Assembly (NCBI GenBank): GCA_902562835.1
Contig: CACEUX010000002.1
Span: forward strand, 35,104 to 99,103
Length of the DNA stretch: 64,000 nt
Reading direction: 5' to 3'
DNA from: an uncultured Fidelibacterota bacterium
Lineage (GTDB): Bacteria > Fidelibacterota > Marinisomatia > Marinisomatales > UBA1611
Below, in pieces: positions 18,949 through 28,323 of the stretch. The position numbers were made by a program, and so were the translations under genes. Position 1 is the first letter of the stretch. Every line of letters begins with the position of its first letter. The notes beneath the pieces are model-generated. The model had not been told where the DNA came from. It was given only the letters and a program-made list of their open reading frames with translations, and did not search any database.

Positions 18949-20240
18949 TGAAAAAGCTAGCACTACATTGGCAGATCATAATTGGACTTGCCCTAGGTTT
19001 AATTTACGGTATCATTGCAACCAATTCTGGTTGGGGTAGTTTCACATCAGATTGGATCGCCCCTTTTGGTACAATTTTTATTAACCTTTTAAAACTTATA
19101 GCAATGCCTCTGGTGCTCTCATCTCTAATAACTGGCGTTGCCTCTTTATCCGATATAAAAAAACTTAGCCGTATTGGCGGCAAGACCATAGGGATATACA
19201 TTGGTACCACGGCGTTAGCGGTCACACTGGGGCTCATTTCTGTTAACCTGATAAAGCCTGGAGATAAAGTTCCGGATAACATGAAGGAAAAACTAAAGCT
19301 GACCTATCAAAAGGATGCCGCTAAAAAAGCAAATACAGTTCAGAAGGTCAAGGACAGAGGCCCTCTACAACCACTTGTTGATATGGTTCCCAGTAACTTT
19401 TTGAACTCAGCTTCTAGCAACAGGAATATGCTACAGGTTGTTTTCATGGCGATCTTTATAGGCATTGGTCTGATACAGATACCCAAAGAAAAAGGGAAAC
19501 CGGTACAACAATTCTTTGAAAGTCTCACCGATGTAGTAATTAAGTTAGTTGATATTATTATGCTGATGGCTCCCATTGGTGTATTTGCACTTATAGCGCA
19601 GACCATAAATAAAGTAGCTGGAAACAACCCTTCAGAGATTCTGGAACTGCTGGGCGCACTGGGCTATTACATGTTTGCGGTCATAATGGGCCTTATTGCA
19701 CATGCGGCAATTACCTATACAGGAATAATGAGACTCATGACAAAGATGCCTCTTGAGACCTTCTATAAAGGTATCGCGCCTGCACAACTTTTAGCATTCT
19801 CCACCAGTTCAAGTGGTGCAACATTACCAGTAACAATGGAACGATGTGAGGAGGAGCTTGGTGTCAGTGAGGAAGTGTCCTCATTTGTCTTACCTTTGGG
19901 GGCTACTATCAATATGGATGGTACTGCTCTTTATCAGGCAGTGGCAGCTGTATTTATTGCTCAAACATTGAATATGTCCCTTGATCTAAGTGCCCAACTC
20001 ACAATTGTACTCACCACTGTATTGGCTTCAATTGGAACTGCGGCTGTTCCGGGAGCTGGAATTGTTATGTTAGTAATAATATTAGAATCAGTTGGAGTAC
20101 CAAGCGCAGGTATTGCTCTAATTCTAGGAGTTGATCGTATACTAGATATGTTAAGAACAACTGTCAATGTAACGGGAGATGCAACCGTAGCTGTTATAAT
20201 TGCTGATTCTGAAGATCAGCTAAATATTCTTACAAAATAG
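18948..20240 (+). CDS. gltP: Dicarboxylate/amino acid:cation (Na+/H+) symporter, DAACS family
   Basis: Family signatures SSSGATLP, NMDGTALY and VDRILDMLRTTVNVTGD; about 8 TM segments plus re-entrant hairpins. Confidence 0.88.
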   Translation: MKKLALHWQIIIGLALGLIYGIIATNSGWGSFTSDWIAPFGTIFINLLKLIAMPLVLSSLITGVASLSDIKKLSRIGGKTIGIYIGTTALAVTLGLISVNLIKPGDKVPDNMKEKLKLTYQKDAAKKANTVQKVKDRGPLQPLVDMVPSNFLNSASSNRNMLQVVFMAIFIGIGLIQIPKEKGKPVQQFFESLTDVVIKLVDIIMLMAPIGVFALIAQTINKVAGNNPSEILELLGALGYYMFAVIMGLIAHAAITYTGIMRLMTKMPLETFYKGIAPAQLLAFSTSSSGATLPVTMERCEEELGVSEEVSSFVLPLGATINMDGTALYQAVAAVFIAQTLNMSLDLSAQLTIVLTTVLASIGTAAVPGAGIVMLVIILESVGVPSAGIALILGVDRILDMLRTTVNVTGDATVAVIIADSEDQLNILTK

Positions 20241-20285
20241 TTTTTATCAGACATAAATAGTTAATAATTTTTTTATGATTTTTGA

Positions 20286-20315
20286 AAGTTCATCGGGCAG
20301 GTTATGAATTTTTTT
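20286..20315 (+). terminator. Possible intrinsic terminator downstream of the DAACS transporter
   Basis: AAGTTCAT (20286-20293) pairs with ATGAATTT (20304-20311), including one G-U pair. The loop is 10 nt and a T-run follows to 20315. The stem is AT-rich, so the call is weak. Confidence 0.35.
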
Positions 20316-20466
20316 GGATCTATACTCAAACATTGGGTGCTGTACTTCAGGTTCAAAAAACGGGCCTTTTCACTTTTAAGTGAATCAAGGAAGTTTGCTG
20401 TATTTGAGAGGCTCCCGTCATTCATTAAACAAAGAATGATCCCAAAAAAACAATCTGCCCGTGCTT

Positions 20467-21732
20467 TCAATTCACGGTAGATAGTATCTGATCAATCCTT
20501 GATCGACTCCCCCGTATCTTTAGTTTCACACCGTCTTCTTCATAAGCTCGCTCCAATACCTCAACGCCTTCCTGCGCTTGAGCAATGGTTCTTCCATCTT
20601 CATAGGCAAATTCAAGATCAATAGTTTGATAATTTGCTTCCATATGTTCAATGATCTTTGCATTTAGTGCCGATAGTTTTAGATGCTGTTTAGCAGAAAC
20701 TGTAATAGGCTCTTGGAAAGACCTTTGTATTTTCTCAATCATATTTCCATCGGATATAAGATCAACTTTATTTAGGACCATGACCGTGGGAATCTTATCA
20801 GCTTCCATATCTTCAAGGACCTCCTGAATTGTATTCATATGATCTAACACTTGAGGTGAAGACATATCTAAGACCATTAGTATCAGATCTGCCTCTAGGA
20901 CTTCTTTTAAGGTACTTTTGAATGATGCTACCAAATTATGAGGTAGCTTTCGTATAAAGCCTACTGTGTCACTAAGTAAGATAGTATGAGATGTATCTAA
21001 ATTCAATTTTCTAACCGTTGTATCTAAAGTAGCAAATAGCTGATCTTGAATGAAAACATCTGAGCCAGTCAATGCCTTAAATAAAGTAGACTTTCCAGCA
21101 TTAGTATATCCAACCAAAGATACACGGAACTCAGACTGACGCCTGAGGCTTTGCGTTGAACGTTCTTTTTCAATCTTAGACAGATCTTTTTTTAACCGAG
21201 TGATCCTTGTGCGAATAAGGCGCCTATCTACCTCTATCTGAGTCTCCCCCATACCTGCACGGGTACCGATTCCACCCATTTGGCGTTCCAGATGGGTCCA
21301 TTGACGTGTCAAACGCGGTAATAGATACTCTAAATAGGCTAGATCTACCTGTGTAGTAGCCTCTTTAGATCGTGCGTGTTTCTGAAAAATATCAAGAATC
21401 AGACCACTGCGATCGAGGACTTTTATTTTTTCGGACATTTGATGATAATTCTTTATCTGAGCGGGAGTTAGTTCATCATCAAAAAGAATAAGTTTAACAT
21501 CCATTTCCTTTGCCTGGTCTATTATCTGCTTTGCTTTACCTTTACCAATGAAAGTGGCGGGATTGATTTTTGATACTTTTTGTGTTACCCGTCCTAATAC
21601 TTCAGCCCCAGCTGTTTCTGCCAGAAGCTCTAATTCATCGAGATGCTCGTGAATGATAGTATCTGTTGTACCTGGAATTATAACACCTACAAGAAGTGCC
21701 TTCTCATTTGATATTTCTTTATTCTCTATCAT
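20467..21732 (-). CDS. hflX: GTPase HflX
   Basis: An HflX N-terminal domain is followed by the G-domain motifs GYTNAGKSTLF (G1), DTVGF (G3) and NKVD (G4). Confidence 0.92.
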   Translation of the reverse strand: MIENKEISNEKALLVGVIIPGTTDTIIHEHLDELELLAETAGAEVLGRVTQKVSKINPATFIGKGKAKQIIDQAKEMDVKLILFDDELTPAQIKNYHQMSEKIKVLDRSGLILDIFQKHARSKEATTQVDLAYLEYLLPRLTRQWTHLERQMGGIGTRAGMGETQIEVDRRLIRTRITRLKKDLSKIEKERSTQSLRRQSEFRVSLVGYTNAGKSTLFKALTGSDVFIQDQLFATLDTTVRKLNLDTSHTILLSDTVGFIRKLPHNLVASFKSTLKEVLEADLILMVLDMSSPQVLDHMNTIQEVLEDMEADKIPTVMVLNKVDLISDGNMIEKIQRSFQEPITVSAKQHLKLSALNAKIIEHMEANYQTIDLEFAYEDGRTIAQAQEGVEVLERAYEEDGVKLKIRGSRSRIDQILSTVN

Positions 21733-23795
21733 TCTTTATTGGATTTCATCTTCAAAGGTTCAGGTCTGCCAATCATGGTCTCTATTAAAAGAAAAATTAT
21801 TGCGGCAATAAGAAAAAACTTCCAGAGGGATTTACCTTGCCTGGTTTCAGAGAAAGTTTCAACAAAGTTATCTTGCATTGTTAGCCAACGGGTCTGCTCT
21901 TTGTTTAAAAAAGTTTCAATATCATTTTGGGTTATCCTTTTTTCAATATACTCATTAAAATGAAGTCGTGTTGGAAATGAAGTAAATTTTTCTCCATTTG
22001 AATAAACTTGATAAATGCCTAATTCATTAGTTGATGGTACATTTATACCTTCACGATCATATTCTGGGACAATCATTTCCGTTCGTCCGGAAGGAGAAAT
22101 AACTTCCCACTTATTTCTTAGTTTACTTTCTTCAACAGATATCCATTTTTCTTCATCTACTAAAACAGGGGCGGTATTCACTTCATCTGTACCTGTGAGG
22201 ATCAACAGCCTATATAATAGTGGCACCATCATCCCACGAACCGGTAGATCATTCCAACGGAGGTCTAATAAAGTTGAAAAATAAAAGATAGTTCCACTAC
22301 CTTTTGAGAATTCTAGCAATAGAGGATCGTCATTATTGAGAACCCAATGGACTTTATGATGTAAACCCAGTTTTGCTCGAATATATTTGTATATTTCAGG
22401 TAATTCCTTATCTATATTTCTGACTTGGATGTCATTAGTGATATCAGAATTTTTTGATAAAATTTGGCTACTAAAAAAGCCCTGTCCAGCATTTATAAGA
22501 CCATCTATTTCTGGAAAACCGATCGTGGTAAAAAGTTGATCGTCAAACTGATCCTTATCATGTTTACCTTGAAACCATATTACTCCACCACCTTCTTTAA
22601 GAAAACCATCAATATCTTTGATCCCATCTGCTGTGATGCCCTTGGCATCATGAATTACAATTACATCTAGATCATCCAAAAAAAGACGGTTTAGATCTGG
22701 CTGTATCCTGCTTTCAAGAATTAAAAATTTATTTTCAGGATCAATAGACCTCAGCATCATTTCCAATATTGAAATATCTTTTGCATTCGAGCCTATTATA
22801 CTGCAACGTATCTGATCCATTATTGGCATAGAAAGGTACCAGTAATTATCCAATTCATAATCGTCTTTTGGCAGTACGATCTCTCCTTGTAGAATGCCCA
22901 CCTCTGCTGGATAGGCTTGAAAAAGAAATTCCTTTTCTTTGCCTGAATCAAACTCAGAGACCACTTGCCCAACCCTTTGGTCATTAAAAACCAATTCTAA
23001 GGGTATATTTGGTTTAGTTAGGGTTCCTGAATTCTTGACTCTGGTATTTAACTTTACCAACTGATTCATAGTTTTAATGCGACTGACTGGGGAAGCATTC
23101 ACAATTCCCAAATTATCAAAATTAAGTGAAGGTTCTATAAAATAAAATTTCCATTCACCAATATTATCAAGTCCGTAAAGAAATGAGCTGTCTGGCGGAT
23201 GCATCATATCACTAAAGATCACGCATTCTTTAATGGGTTGGTCAATAGTTTCATCATCCAAAATTTTATTTATTTCTATCCAAATATGATCATGAGAAGC
23301 CGTTGACCTAATTGACCTAACTGAATTTCTGATCTGCGGGTCATTAGATTTACCTTTAAACACTACTTTTGGCGGACAGGTCTGTACAACTGATATGGTA
23401 GTTTCATCCTTAAATAAAGGTACTAGACTCATAGCAACATTTTTTGAACGTTCTAAAAAGGTTCGCTCGCCAGCCTGTACTGACATACTCGCAGAATTAT
23501 CTAATACAATGACTAGCTTAGAGTCTTGTTCTGCTGCCAACCAACCAGGCATGAATCCGCGGGTAACAGGCTGGGCCATCATCATTGCTAAACACATGAT
23601 AGCGAGCATCCTTAATAATAAAATAATTAATTTTTGAATTTGTACTTTTCGAATGGAGCTTGTTTCCAATTCCCTTATAAAACGTATAGAACTGAATTCA
23701 ACTTTATTTTGTCTAAGTCTACTTAATAAATGAATTGCAATTGGAATACTCACAGCACCAAAGAACCATAATAAGGAAGGTGATAAAAAAGTCAT
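21729..23795 (-). CDS. BatA-like membrane protein with N-terminal double-TM domain and vWA-like domain
   Basis: N-terminus MTFLSPSLLWFFGAVSIPIAIHLL...FSSIRFI is the BatA-type double-transmembrane signature. LVIVLDNSASMS is a MIDAS-type DxSxS motif. A C-terminal TM helix (LWKFFLIAAIIFLLIETMIG) is present. Confidence 0.6.
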   Translation of the reverse strand: MTFLSPSLLWFFGAVSIPIAIHLLSRLRQNKVEFSSIRFIRELETSSIRKVQIQKLIILLLRMLAIMCLAMMMAQPVTRGFMPGWLAAEQDSKLVIVLDNSASMSVQAGERTFLERSKNVAMSLVPLFKDETTISVVQTCPPKVVFKGKSNDPQIRNSVRSIRSTASHDHIWIEINKILDDETIDQPIKECVIFSDMMHPPDSSFLYGLDNIGEWKFYFIEPSLNFDNLGIVNASPVSRIKTMNQLVKLNTRVKNSGTLTKPNIPLELVFNDQRVGQVVSEFDSGKEKEFLFQAYPAEVGILQGEIVLPKDDYELDNYWYLSMPIMDQIRCSIIGSNAKDISILEMMLRSIDPENKFLILESRIQPDLNRLFLDDLDVIVIHDAKGITADGIKDIDGFLKEGGGVIWFQGKHDKDQFDDQLFTTIGFPEIDGLINAGQGFFSSQILSKNSDITNDIQVRNIDKELPEIYKYIRAKLGLHHKVHWVLNNDDPLLLEFSKGSGTIFYFSTLLDLRWNDLPVRGMMVPLLYRLLILTGTDEVNTAPVLVDEEKWISVEESKLRNKWEVISPSGRTEMIVPEYDREGINVPSTNELGIYQVYSNGEKFTSFPTRLHFNEYIEKRITQNDIETFLNKEQTRWLTMQDNFVETFSETRQGKSLWKFFLIAAIIFLLIETMIGRPEPLKMKSNKE

Positions 23796-24385
23796 ATTAA
23801 TTTTTGAACTAAAACCATGATTGTTCCTGAAAAAATAGGGATCGTTAAATTATCATTTATTTTAAGGGGTAATAATTCAATCAACATTGCACCAAATGCC
23901 CCAAAAAGTATTACAATTGGTGGAAGTGTGCTACTTATCAATAATACTATACCAAATGAAATAATCAAACCTGCTAAGGAGCCTGATATTGTTTTTTTAC
24001 CAATTTTACCTAATGGGTATAGTTTGCCAACAATAGCTGCAAATGAATCCCCGATAGCTAAAAACATTAATGCTGGTACAGCTACTATCATCTCAAAAGA
24101 ATATGTGGTAATAGTCCAACCTGAAAGTAGCCAAGTGGCCCCAGTTAAATCACCTTTTGATTCATTTTCCCTAAGCATTGACCCAAACCAATGATTGAAC
24201 AAATTTTCTATGGTTTTATTATGTTTCCTCAAAAGCTCTAGGATAAAAGCAAAAAGACTAGCAGTCGCTAAAATCATTACCATTATGTCCTTATCATGCA
24301 CAAGATAAAGATAGCTTAAGGGGATGGTGGCAGAAGAGATGTGAACTACCTTACGAGATATCTCATTTTTGAGAACTCTTTTCAC
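23792..24385 (-). CDS. Polyprenol/dolichol/phytol-kinase-family (CTP-dependent) integral membrane protein
   Basis: 197 aa with about 6 TM segments and an RKVVHISS N-terminal motif. The overall look is of the DGK1/SEC59/VTE5-CdsA-like family. GTG start. The assignment rests on resemblance only. Confidence 0.45.
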   Translation of the reverse strand: MKRVLKNEISRKVVHISSATIPLSYLYLVHDKDIMVMILATASLFAFILELLRKHNKTIENLFNHWFGSMLRENESKGDLTGATWLLSGWTITTYSFEMIVAVPALMFLAIGDSFAAIVGKLYPLGKIGKKTISGSLAGLIISFGIVLLISSTLPPIVILFGAFGAMLIELLPLKINDNLTIPIFSGTIMVLVQKLI

Positions 24386-25137
24386 TATTGTATCATTTGG
24401 TTAAAGATATCTTGCATATCCAAAACACTGATAGTGAGATCAATATTTGTTGGTTTCTCAAGCACAGTCTCCGCTGGTATAGATTGATCTAAAACTGTAT
24501 AAGGAATCAAGTCTTCATTTTGACGATAAAATGTTTTTCCCAGTTTAAAGCCAGCTCTTTCTAGGTCAAAGACAGCCTTTTTCTTACTTAATCCGAAAAG
24601 ATTTGGAACTTGATAGAAGTTAGGTGGTACACCAAGGCTAATTGTTAGATGTAAACCCATTCCTTTATTCAACATATCCCCACCTTTTGGATATTGCCAG
24701 GTAACATTACCTGAGGGAACATCAGAATTATATTCTTCATAGACTGTATCAATTTCCAACCCTATCTGATTTAACGCTAATTCAGCACTTCTTAATGATC
24801 TTCCAATAAGATCGGGTATTGAAACCATTTTTTCTGGTTGAGCAATTTTTAAACGAACTGTCCTTCCTTCTTTAACCCTAGTATTTGGAGCAGGATATTG
24901 ATCCACGACAACACCCGCTTCATAAGAAGCAGAGAAAAGGGTATCTGAAACGAGACTCCGGTATCCTTCCGACATCAATATTTTCTCTGCATATTCTAAT
25001 TTTTTATCGGTTACATTAACCATATATCTCCCTGCATCCATACGAACATAAATAGGCATTAGTAATGTATCAAAAACCAAGATTATGACTAAACATAATC
25101 CAGAAAAAATAGCTATGTAAATACCAAATATTTTCAT
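24385..25137 (-). CDS. Membrane-anchored stand-alone PASTA-domain protein (three PASTA repeats)
   Basis: An N-terminal TM helix is followed by three ~65-aa units. Each ends in a ...V.L.IS/A.. pattern and has PASTA-like G....V..Q.P..G cores (VVDQYPAPNTRVKEGRTVRLKI; VTWQYPKGGDMLNKGMGLHLTIS; VLDQSIPAETVLEKPTNIDLTIS). Confidence 0.7.
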   Translation of the reverse strand: MKIFGIYIAIFSGLCLVIILVFDTLLMPIYVRMDAGRYMVNVTDKKLEYAEKILMSEGYRSLVSDTLFSASYEAGVVVDQYPAPNTRVKEGRTVRLKIAQPEKMVSIPDLIGRSLRSAELALNQIGLEIDTVYEEYNSDVPSGNVTWQYPKGGDMLNKGMGLHLTISLGVPPNFYQVPNLFGLSKKKAVFDLERAGFKLGKTFYRQNEDLIPYTVLDQSIPAETVLEKPTNIDLTISVLDMQDIFNQMIQ

Positions 25138-26453
25138 TGTTTTAATTTAAGCTTCACCGCAAACATACCATCTACTCCGTGAATATGAGGTAAGGTTCTC
25201 AGCGCACCTCGTTCATCAATCCAATCAAACGGGATGGCAGATGGCACGCTGACTATTGAAAAATCACCATTTAACTTAAGAAACCGATCGACTACGTTCC
25301 AGTTCTCTTCAGGCTCAACTGAGCACGTTGCATAAACAATAGCACCTCCAGCTTTAAGAAACCTAGAACAGTTATTTAATATTTCAACCTGCTTATTAGA
25401 GGCTATCTTGATGTCCTGAGGTTTACATATCCAACGGATATCGGGCCTTCTGGATAATACGCCAGTCCCAGTGCAAGGTGCATCGATCAAAATTCGATCA
25501 GCTATTGGATAAGTATCTTTTCTCGCATCCTTTATAGACCATTCTATATTATGCTGCCCATGTCTATTTAAATCTTTTTTTCCCATACCTACTCTTTCAG
25601 AGTTTAAGTCTGACGCCAGGATTGAACCTTCTTCTCCAACAATATTTGATAAGTAAAGAGTCTTGGTTCCGGGTGCTGCACATACATCCAATATCGTATC
25701 ACCAGGTTTTGCATTCAGGCAGTCTACAATAGCTGCGGATGCTGGGTCTTGAATTGAAATCTTACCTGTTTTGAATAAATTAGTTTTAAGAATTTTTCCT
25801 GAGCCAACATAAACTTTTAAAAAGGATGATGAGAACTCTTCTGATTTGATACCTTCATCTATTAGCAATGCAATTACTTCACTCAAAGGTATTTTATGAA
25901 TCTCAACCCTAATAAAACTTGAAGGTTGTTGATTAATCTTTTCTACCATTTTCAAAAATTGTAGATCTCCAAACTGCTTCTTCCATCTTTCCTGCATCCA
26001 ATTTGGTAATGAATGCCATTTCGTATCACCTGAAAGTATCTGAAACCAGTTTTTATCCTCTTTCATCCTGCGTGTTAGTTTTCTTAAAACTGCATTAGTA
26101 AACCCTGCTGCTCTACGGTTTAGGAGTCGATTTGTAAGTGTAACAGCAGAATCTACTGCAGCATAATCAGGTACCGTATCATCCATAATTATTTCATAAA
26201 ATGCTATTCTTAAGATTGAAAGAATTGATAGGTCTATGCGACTTTGGGGTCTGCCTGATATAAACTCTATCATTAAAATTAGCCTACTATTAAAACGTAT
26301 TATCTCCTTTGATAGTACGTAAATACGAGGCCTGATTAATGCATCAGGTTTAAATTTGGAAAATATCTCATTTGTGACCAGCTCAAGTTTTATTGGTTTA
26401 ACACTAAAATGGTCTAGAATCTTTACTGTAAGGAACCTTGCATCTTTTCTCAT
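25134..26453 (-). CDS. rsmB: 16S rRNA (cytosine967-C5)-methyltransferase RsmB
   Basis: A NusB-like N-terminal domain, the SAM-binding DVCAAPGTKT motif and the catalytic DAPCTGTGV and YATCS motifs. It sits in the conserved def-fmt-rsmB arrangement. Confidence 0.9.
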   Translation of the reverse strand: MRKDARFLTVKILDHFSVKPIKLELVTNEIFSKFKPDALIRPRIYVLSKEIIRFNSRLILMIEFISGRPQSRIDLSILSILRIAFYEIIMDDTVPDYAAVDSAVTLTNRLLNRRAAGFTNAVLRKLTRRMKEDKNWFQILSGDTKWHSLPNWMQERWKKQFGDLQFLKMVEKINQQPSSFIRVEIHKIPLSEVIALLIDEGIKSEEFSSSFLKVYVGSGKILKTNLFKTGKISIQDPASAAIVDCLNAKPGDTILDVCAAPGTKTLYLSNIVGEEGSILASDLNSERVGMGKKDLNRHGQHNIEWSIKDARKDTYPIADRILIDAPCTGTGVLSRRPDIRWICKPQDIKIASNKQVEILNNCSRFLKAGGAIVYATCSVEPEENWNVVDRFLKLNGDFSIVSVPSAIPFDWIDERGALRTLPHIHGVDGMFAVKLKLKQ

Positions 26454-27376
26454 ATACCAAGTTTATCTCCGATTCCTAATTTTGCTCCTTTTAGAAATTC
26501 ATCTATTGGCATTCTTCTTTTACCTTCGATTTGCACCTCTAATAAAGAAAGAACACCCTCTCCAGTACTAATTGATAAATTGGTTTTAGTTAATTCAACA
26601 ATAGAACCAGGTAATCCAGCTTTCCTAGCTACTATAGCAGTTTTAAAAATTCTAATTTTTTTTGAATTAAGAGTTGAGGACATCCCTGGGTTAGGAGACA
26701 AACCTCTCACCCAGTTATGTATCTTATTACTAGGCCATGACCAATCAATCATGGTCATATTTTTTGTGATCTTTGGGGCCTTTGTCGCCACCTTAGGATT
26801 TTGTTTAATAGGAAGAGTCTTTCCTTCCTCAATACTTTTCATTGTTTCTAATAACATATGAGCACCTGTTTCACAAAGACGCATTCCTAAAGATAGCATA
26901 TTATCATCTTCATGAATCCTAACTCTTTTCTGAAGCAATATATCACCTGTATCTACCTTTCGCTTTATTTGGAAAATACTTACTCCAGTATTTTTATCTC
27001 CATTCATCAGTGCCCATTGGATTGGGCCTGCACCACGGTATTTTGGCAATAACGAAGCGTGCAAGTTGATTGCACCATTTACAGGAATCTCAATTAGTTC
27101 ATTAGGTAAAATTTTATATGCTACAACAACAAATATGTCAGGTTTGAGTTTTTTAAGCTGAACTTTCAGATCTTTGGAAATCAATGATAACGGTTCAATT
27201 AATTTAATGTTATTTTGTTTTGCAAATTTACCTACAGAGGTTGATTGCAAAGATCGGCCTCTACCCATTGGTTTTGGTGGATTAGAGACAACTGCAATAA
27301 GGTCATGATTAGATCTATGAATTGCCTCAAGCGCTGGTATTGCAAAATTGGGGTTGCCCATGAAGACTGTACGCAC
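26450..27376 (-). CDS. fmt: Methionyl-tRNA formyltransferase
   Basis: A GTG start gives MRTVFMGNPNFAIPAL. HASLLPKYRGAGPIQWA is the formyltransferase signature. Confidence 0.92.
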   Translation of the reverse strand: MRTVFMGNPNFAIPALEAIHRSNHDLIAVVSNPPKPMGRGRSLQSTSVGKFAKQNNIKLIEPLSLISKDLKVQLKKLKPDIFVVVAYKILPNELIEIPVNGAINLHASLLPKYRGAGPIQWALMNGDKNTGVSIFQIKRKVDTGDILLQKRVRIHEDDNMLSLGMRLCETGAHMLLETMKSIEEGKTLPIKQNPKVATKAPKITKNMTMIDWSWPSNKIHNWVRGLSPNPGMSSTLNSKKIRIFKTAIVARKAGLPGSIVELTKTNLSISTGEGVLSLLEVQIEGKRRMPIDEFLKGAKLGIGDKLGI

Positions 27377-27406
27377 TATGTATCAACCCTTAAAAATAAA
27401 TAAATT

Positions 27407-27955
27407 TTAAAGAACAAACCTCTTTTCAGAATTAGAACTCATACGTTTACTTGAATTTTTCTTCATCTCTTTTAATTCAGTTTGGTATTTAATTTTTTCA
27501 ACCTCTCCTACGCGATCTATGATAAAAGTTCCATTTAAATGATCCATCTCATGCTGTATAGCTCTCCCCAATAATCCATCAAACTCATTTTCGTGCCACT
27601 CGCCATCAATTCCTTGATATTTTAATGTTACTTTTTCTGGTCTAATCACATCTAAGGCAATACCAGGCATAGATAAACAGCCTTCCTGAAAAACCTTGTC
27701 ATCACCATCAGTCGCAATGATAGCTCCATTAATAAAGATGTGAGTGTCTTCTGCTTCGTCCGTATGGGTGACATCAATAATAAATAAGTTCATATCTAAT
27801 CCAACCTGATTTGCCGCTAAACCTATACCCTCCGCTTCATACATTGAATCAAACATGTCATCAATAATTGACTCTATACTTAGGGGATCATTTACTGGCT
27901 TACATTTCTTTCTAAGAATCGGATTGCCATAATGGACTATTTCTAAAACAGCCAT
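27407..27955 (-). CDS. def: Peptide deformylase
   Basis: The three PDF motifs are present: GIGLAANQVG, EGCLS and HEMDHL. Confidence 0.95.
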   Translation of the reverse strand: MAVLEIVHYGNPILRKKCKPVNDPLSIESIIDDMFDSMYEAEGIGLAANQVGLDMNLFIIDVTHTDEAEDTHIFINGAIIATDGDDKVFQEGCLSMPGIALDVIRPEKVTLKYQGIDGEWHENEFDGLLGRAIQHEMDHLNGTFIIDRVGEVEKIKYQTELKEMKKNSSKRMSSNSEKRFVL

Positions 27956-28278
27956 TAGGTTTGTTCCAGCTCTTTATCTTTAACTTTTTCAGCTAGACCT
28001 GCTATAGCTGTTCTATTTATAACAAGGTTAGTATTATTATCCACCTTTATCACTGTAAGTCGTCCCTTTTCTTTAAATCCATGAACAGTGCCATAGATTC
28101 CACCCATTGTTATGACCTTATCACCTTTTTGAAGGGACTCTCTCATTGTTTCTTTTTGTTTCTGGCGTTTTGCTTGTGGACGAATCATCAAAAAGTAGAT
28201 TACAAACATTATTAGTATAAATGGTAGAAATGCAACTAATCCGCCACCTTGTTGTGCTTGTCCGTATAATAGATCCAT
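27955..28278 (-). CDS. yajC: Preprotein translocase subunit YajC
   Basis: 107 aa with a single TM helix followed by RPQAKRQK...LQKGDKVITMGGIYGTV, the YajC signature. Confidence 0.9.
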   Translation of the reverse strand: MDLLYGQAQQGGGLVAFLPFILIMFVIYFLMIRPQAKRQKQKETMRESLQKGDKVITMGGIYGTVHGFKEKGRLTVIKVDNNTNLVINRTAIAGLAEKVKDKELEQT

Positions 28279-28323
28279 ATTTATTTATCCGTTACGTTTA
28301 AATTACCCAAGTTGAGGTCCATT

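Noticed and set aside
20273-20470. A 65-aa ORF immediately after hflX.
   Set aside because: It starts at TTG (reverse complement of 20468-20470). It has no recognisable motif or hydrophobic helix and is Cys-rich and compositionally odd. It is kept only as a note in the intergenic-gap finding and is not called as a gene.
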